From Eledone cirrhosa (taxonomy: Eukaryota): DNA of 64,000 nt. Numbering within the stretch: position 1 is the stretch's first letter; each line of letters opens with the position of its first letter. A program made the translations under genes and the position numbers. The stretch covers positions 82,708,001 to 82,772,000 of the forward strand of contig OZ024745.1 in assembly GCA_964016885.1 (NCBI GenBank), in the 5' to 3' direction. This document shows positions 62,670-64,000 of this stretch, in pieces. The notes beneath the pieces are model-generated. The model worked only from the letters and a program-made list of their open reading frames with translations. It searched no databases and was not told where the DNA came from.

Positions 62670-63390
62670 AATGTAATCTTACATAACCCCTTTACCACCA
62701 TTACAGTGGACAGTGTAGCCTTACATAACCCCTCTACCACCATTACAGTGGGTAATGTAGTCTTACATAACCCCTTTACCACCATTACAGTGGACAATGT
62801 AGTCTTACATAACCACTTTACCACCATTACAGTGGACAATGTAGTCTTACATGATCCCTTTACCACCATTACAGTGGACAATTTTGTCTTACATAGCCCC
62901 TTTACCACCATTACAGTGGACAGTGTAGCCTTACATAACCCCTTTACCACCATTACAGTGGACAGTGTAGTCTTACATAACCCCTTTACCACCATTACAG
63001 TGGACAATGTAGTCTTACATAACCCCTTTACCACCATTACAGTGCACACTATAGTCTTACATAACCCCTTTACCACCATTACAGTGGACAATGTAATCTT
63101 ACATAACCCCTTTACCACCATTACAGTGGACAGTGTAGCCTTACATAACCCCTCTACCACCATTACAGTGGGTAATGTAGTCTTACATAACCCCTTTACC
63201 ACCATTACAGTGGACAATGTAGTCTTACATAACCACTTTACCACCATTACAGTGGACAATGTAGTCTTACATGATCCCTTTACCACCATTACAGTGGACA
63301 ATTTTGTCTTACATAGCCCCTTTACCACCATTACAGTGGACAGTGTAGCCTTACATAACCCCTTTACCACCATTACAGTGGACAGTGTAG
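62670..63390. repeat. 10-monomer (420 bp) partial tandem duplication
   Basis: ATGATCCC variant at 62851 and 63271, with the same flanking variant order. Confidence 0.75.
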
Positions 63391-64000
63391 CCTTACATAA
63401 CCCCTTTACCACCATTACAGTGGACAATGTAGCCTTACATAACCTCCTTACCACCATTACAGTGGGTAATGTAGTCTTACATAACCCCTTTACCACCATT
63501 ACAGTGGACAATGTAGTCTTACATAACCCTTTTATCACCATTACAGTAGACAATGTAGCCTTACATAACCACTTTACCACCATTACAGTGGGTAATGTAG
63601 CCTTACATAACCTCTTTACCACCATTTCAGTGGGTAATGTAGCCTTACATAACCCCTTTACCACCATTACAGAGGACAATGTAGTCTTACATAACCCCTT
63701 TGCCACCATTACAGTCGACAATGTAGTCTTACATAACCCCTTTACCACCATTACAGTGGACAATGTAGTCTTACATAGCCCCTTTACCAACATTACAGTG
63801 GACAATGTAGTCTTACATAACACATTTACCACCATTACAGTGAACAATGTAGCCTTACATAACCCCTTTACCACCGTTACAGTGGACAATGTAGTCTTAC
63901 ATAACCCCTTTACCTCCATTATAGTGGACAATTTTGTCTTACATAACCCCTTTACCACCATTACAGTGGACAGTGTAGCCTTACATAACCCCTTTACCAC

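Larger units (their letters stand above)
1..64000. repeat. 42-bp satellite tandem array (~1,520 monomers, head-to-tail, runs off both window ends)
   Basis: Consensus ACCACCATTACAGTGGACAATGTAGTCTTACATAACCCCTTT recurs continuously. Most monomers differ by 0-3 substitutions, with occasional 41, 43 or 46 bp units. No non-repeat sequence or orientation switch seen. Confidence 0.99.
42957..64000. repeat. Macro-repeat copy 3 (lacks 5,252 bp; carries an extra 3,025-bp duplication; incomplete at window end)
   Basis: ~43170-57250 matches ~5520-19600 at offset 37646 (6740/44386, 11488/49134, 14852/52498, 18843/56489). It then matches at offset 40671 (16911/57582, 19936/60607, 21028/61699). Confidence 0.85.

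Noticed and set aside
31-64000. More than a hundred ORFs of 66-679 aa as protein-coding genes
   Set aside because: They are pure 14-aa repeats overlapping on both strands, with no unique N- or C-terminal domains. Most + strand starts are GTG, and recurrent frameshifts are propagated by duplication. This fits satellite DNA.
1-64000. CRISPR array
   Set aside because: Units are contiguous with no unique spacers, and there is no leader or cas gene.
1-64000. True telomeric tract
   Set aside because: Only one TAACCC-like hexamer per 42 bp, with no tandem TTAGGG, TTAGG or TTTAGGG runs.
1-64000. Assignment to a named 42-bp satellite such as human HSat1A
   Set aside because: Only the length matches. 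HSat1A is far more AT-rich, and I do not recognise this consensus. A Dfam/Repbase/BLAST search is needed.
42-64000. Single-base indels as sequencing errors
   Set aside because: The same indels recur in identical variant context at exact duplication offsets, so most are real inherited variants.
1-64000. Embedded transposon, unique island or inversion
   Set aside because: None was seen on reading through. The ORF track shows the same peptide on the same strand from end to end.

Overview
The whole 64-kb window is one uninterrupted, single-orientation tandem array of a 42-bp satellite (about 1,520 monomers; consensus ACCACCATTACAGTGGACAATGTAGTCTTACATAACCCCTTT; ~40% GC, no CpG, 12 C vs 5 G on +). 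I found no unique sequence, real gene, RNA gene, transposon, CRISPR spacer or inversion. The long ORFs arise because the unit is 14 codons with one stop-free frame per strand, and they are broken by recurrent indels. Diagnostic variants show a nested hierarchy. A ~10-monomer variant cassette recurs 28 times. Local tandem higher-order repeats are 10, 26, 45, 72 and 80 monomers long. A ~26.3-kb macro-unit occurs as three rearranged, near-identical copies starting at about 59, 26363 and 42957. At monomer level, the unit is a quasi-palindrome that multi-base variants perfect into 10-11 bp hairpins, it carries a PAR-bZIP/D-box-type motif (GTTATGTAA) in its least variable part, and it is exactly 4 helical turns long with phased A/T dinucleotides. 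The source is probably eukaryotic heterochromatin (inference). I cannot name the organism or satellite family, and all functional ideas below are hypotheses.
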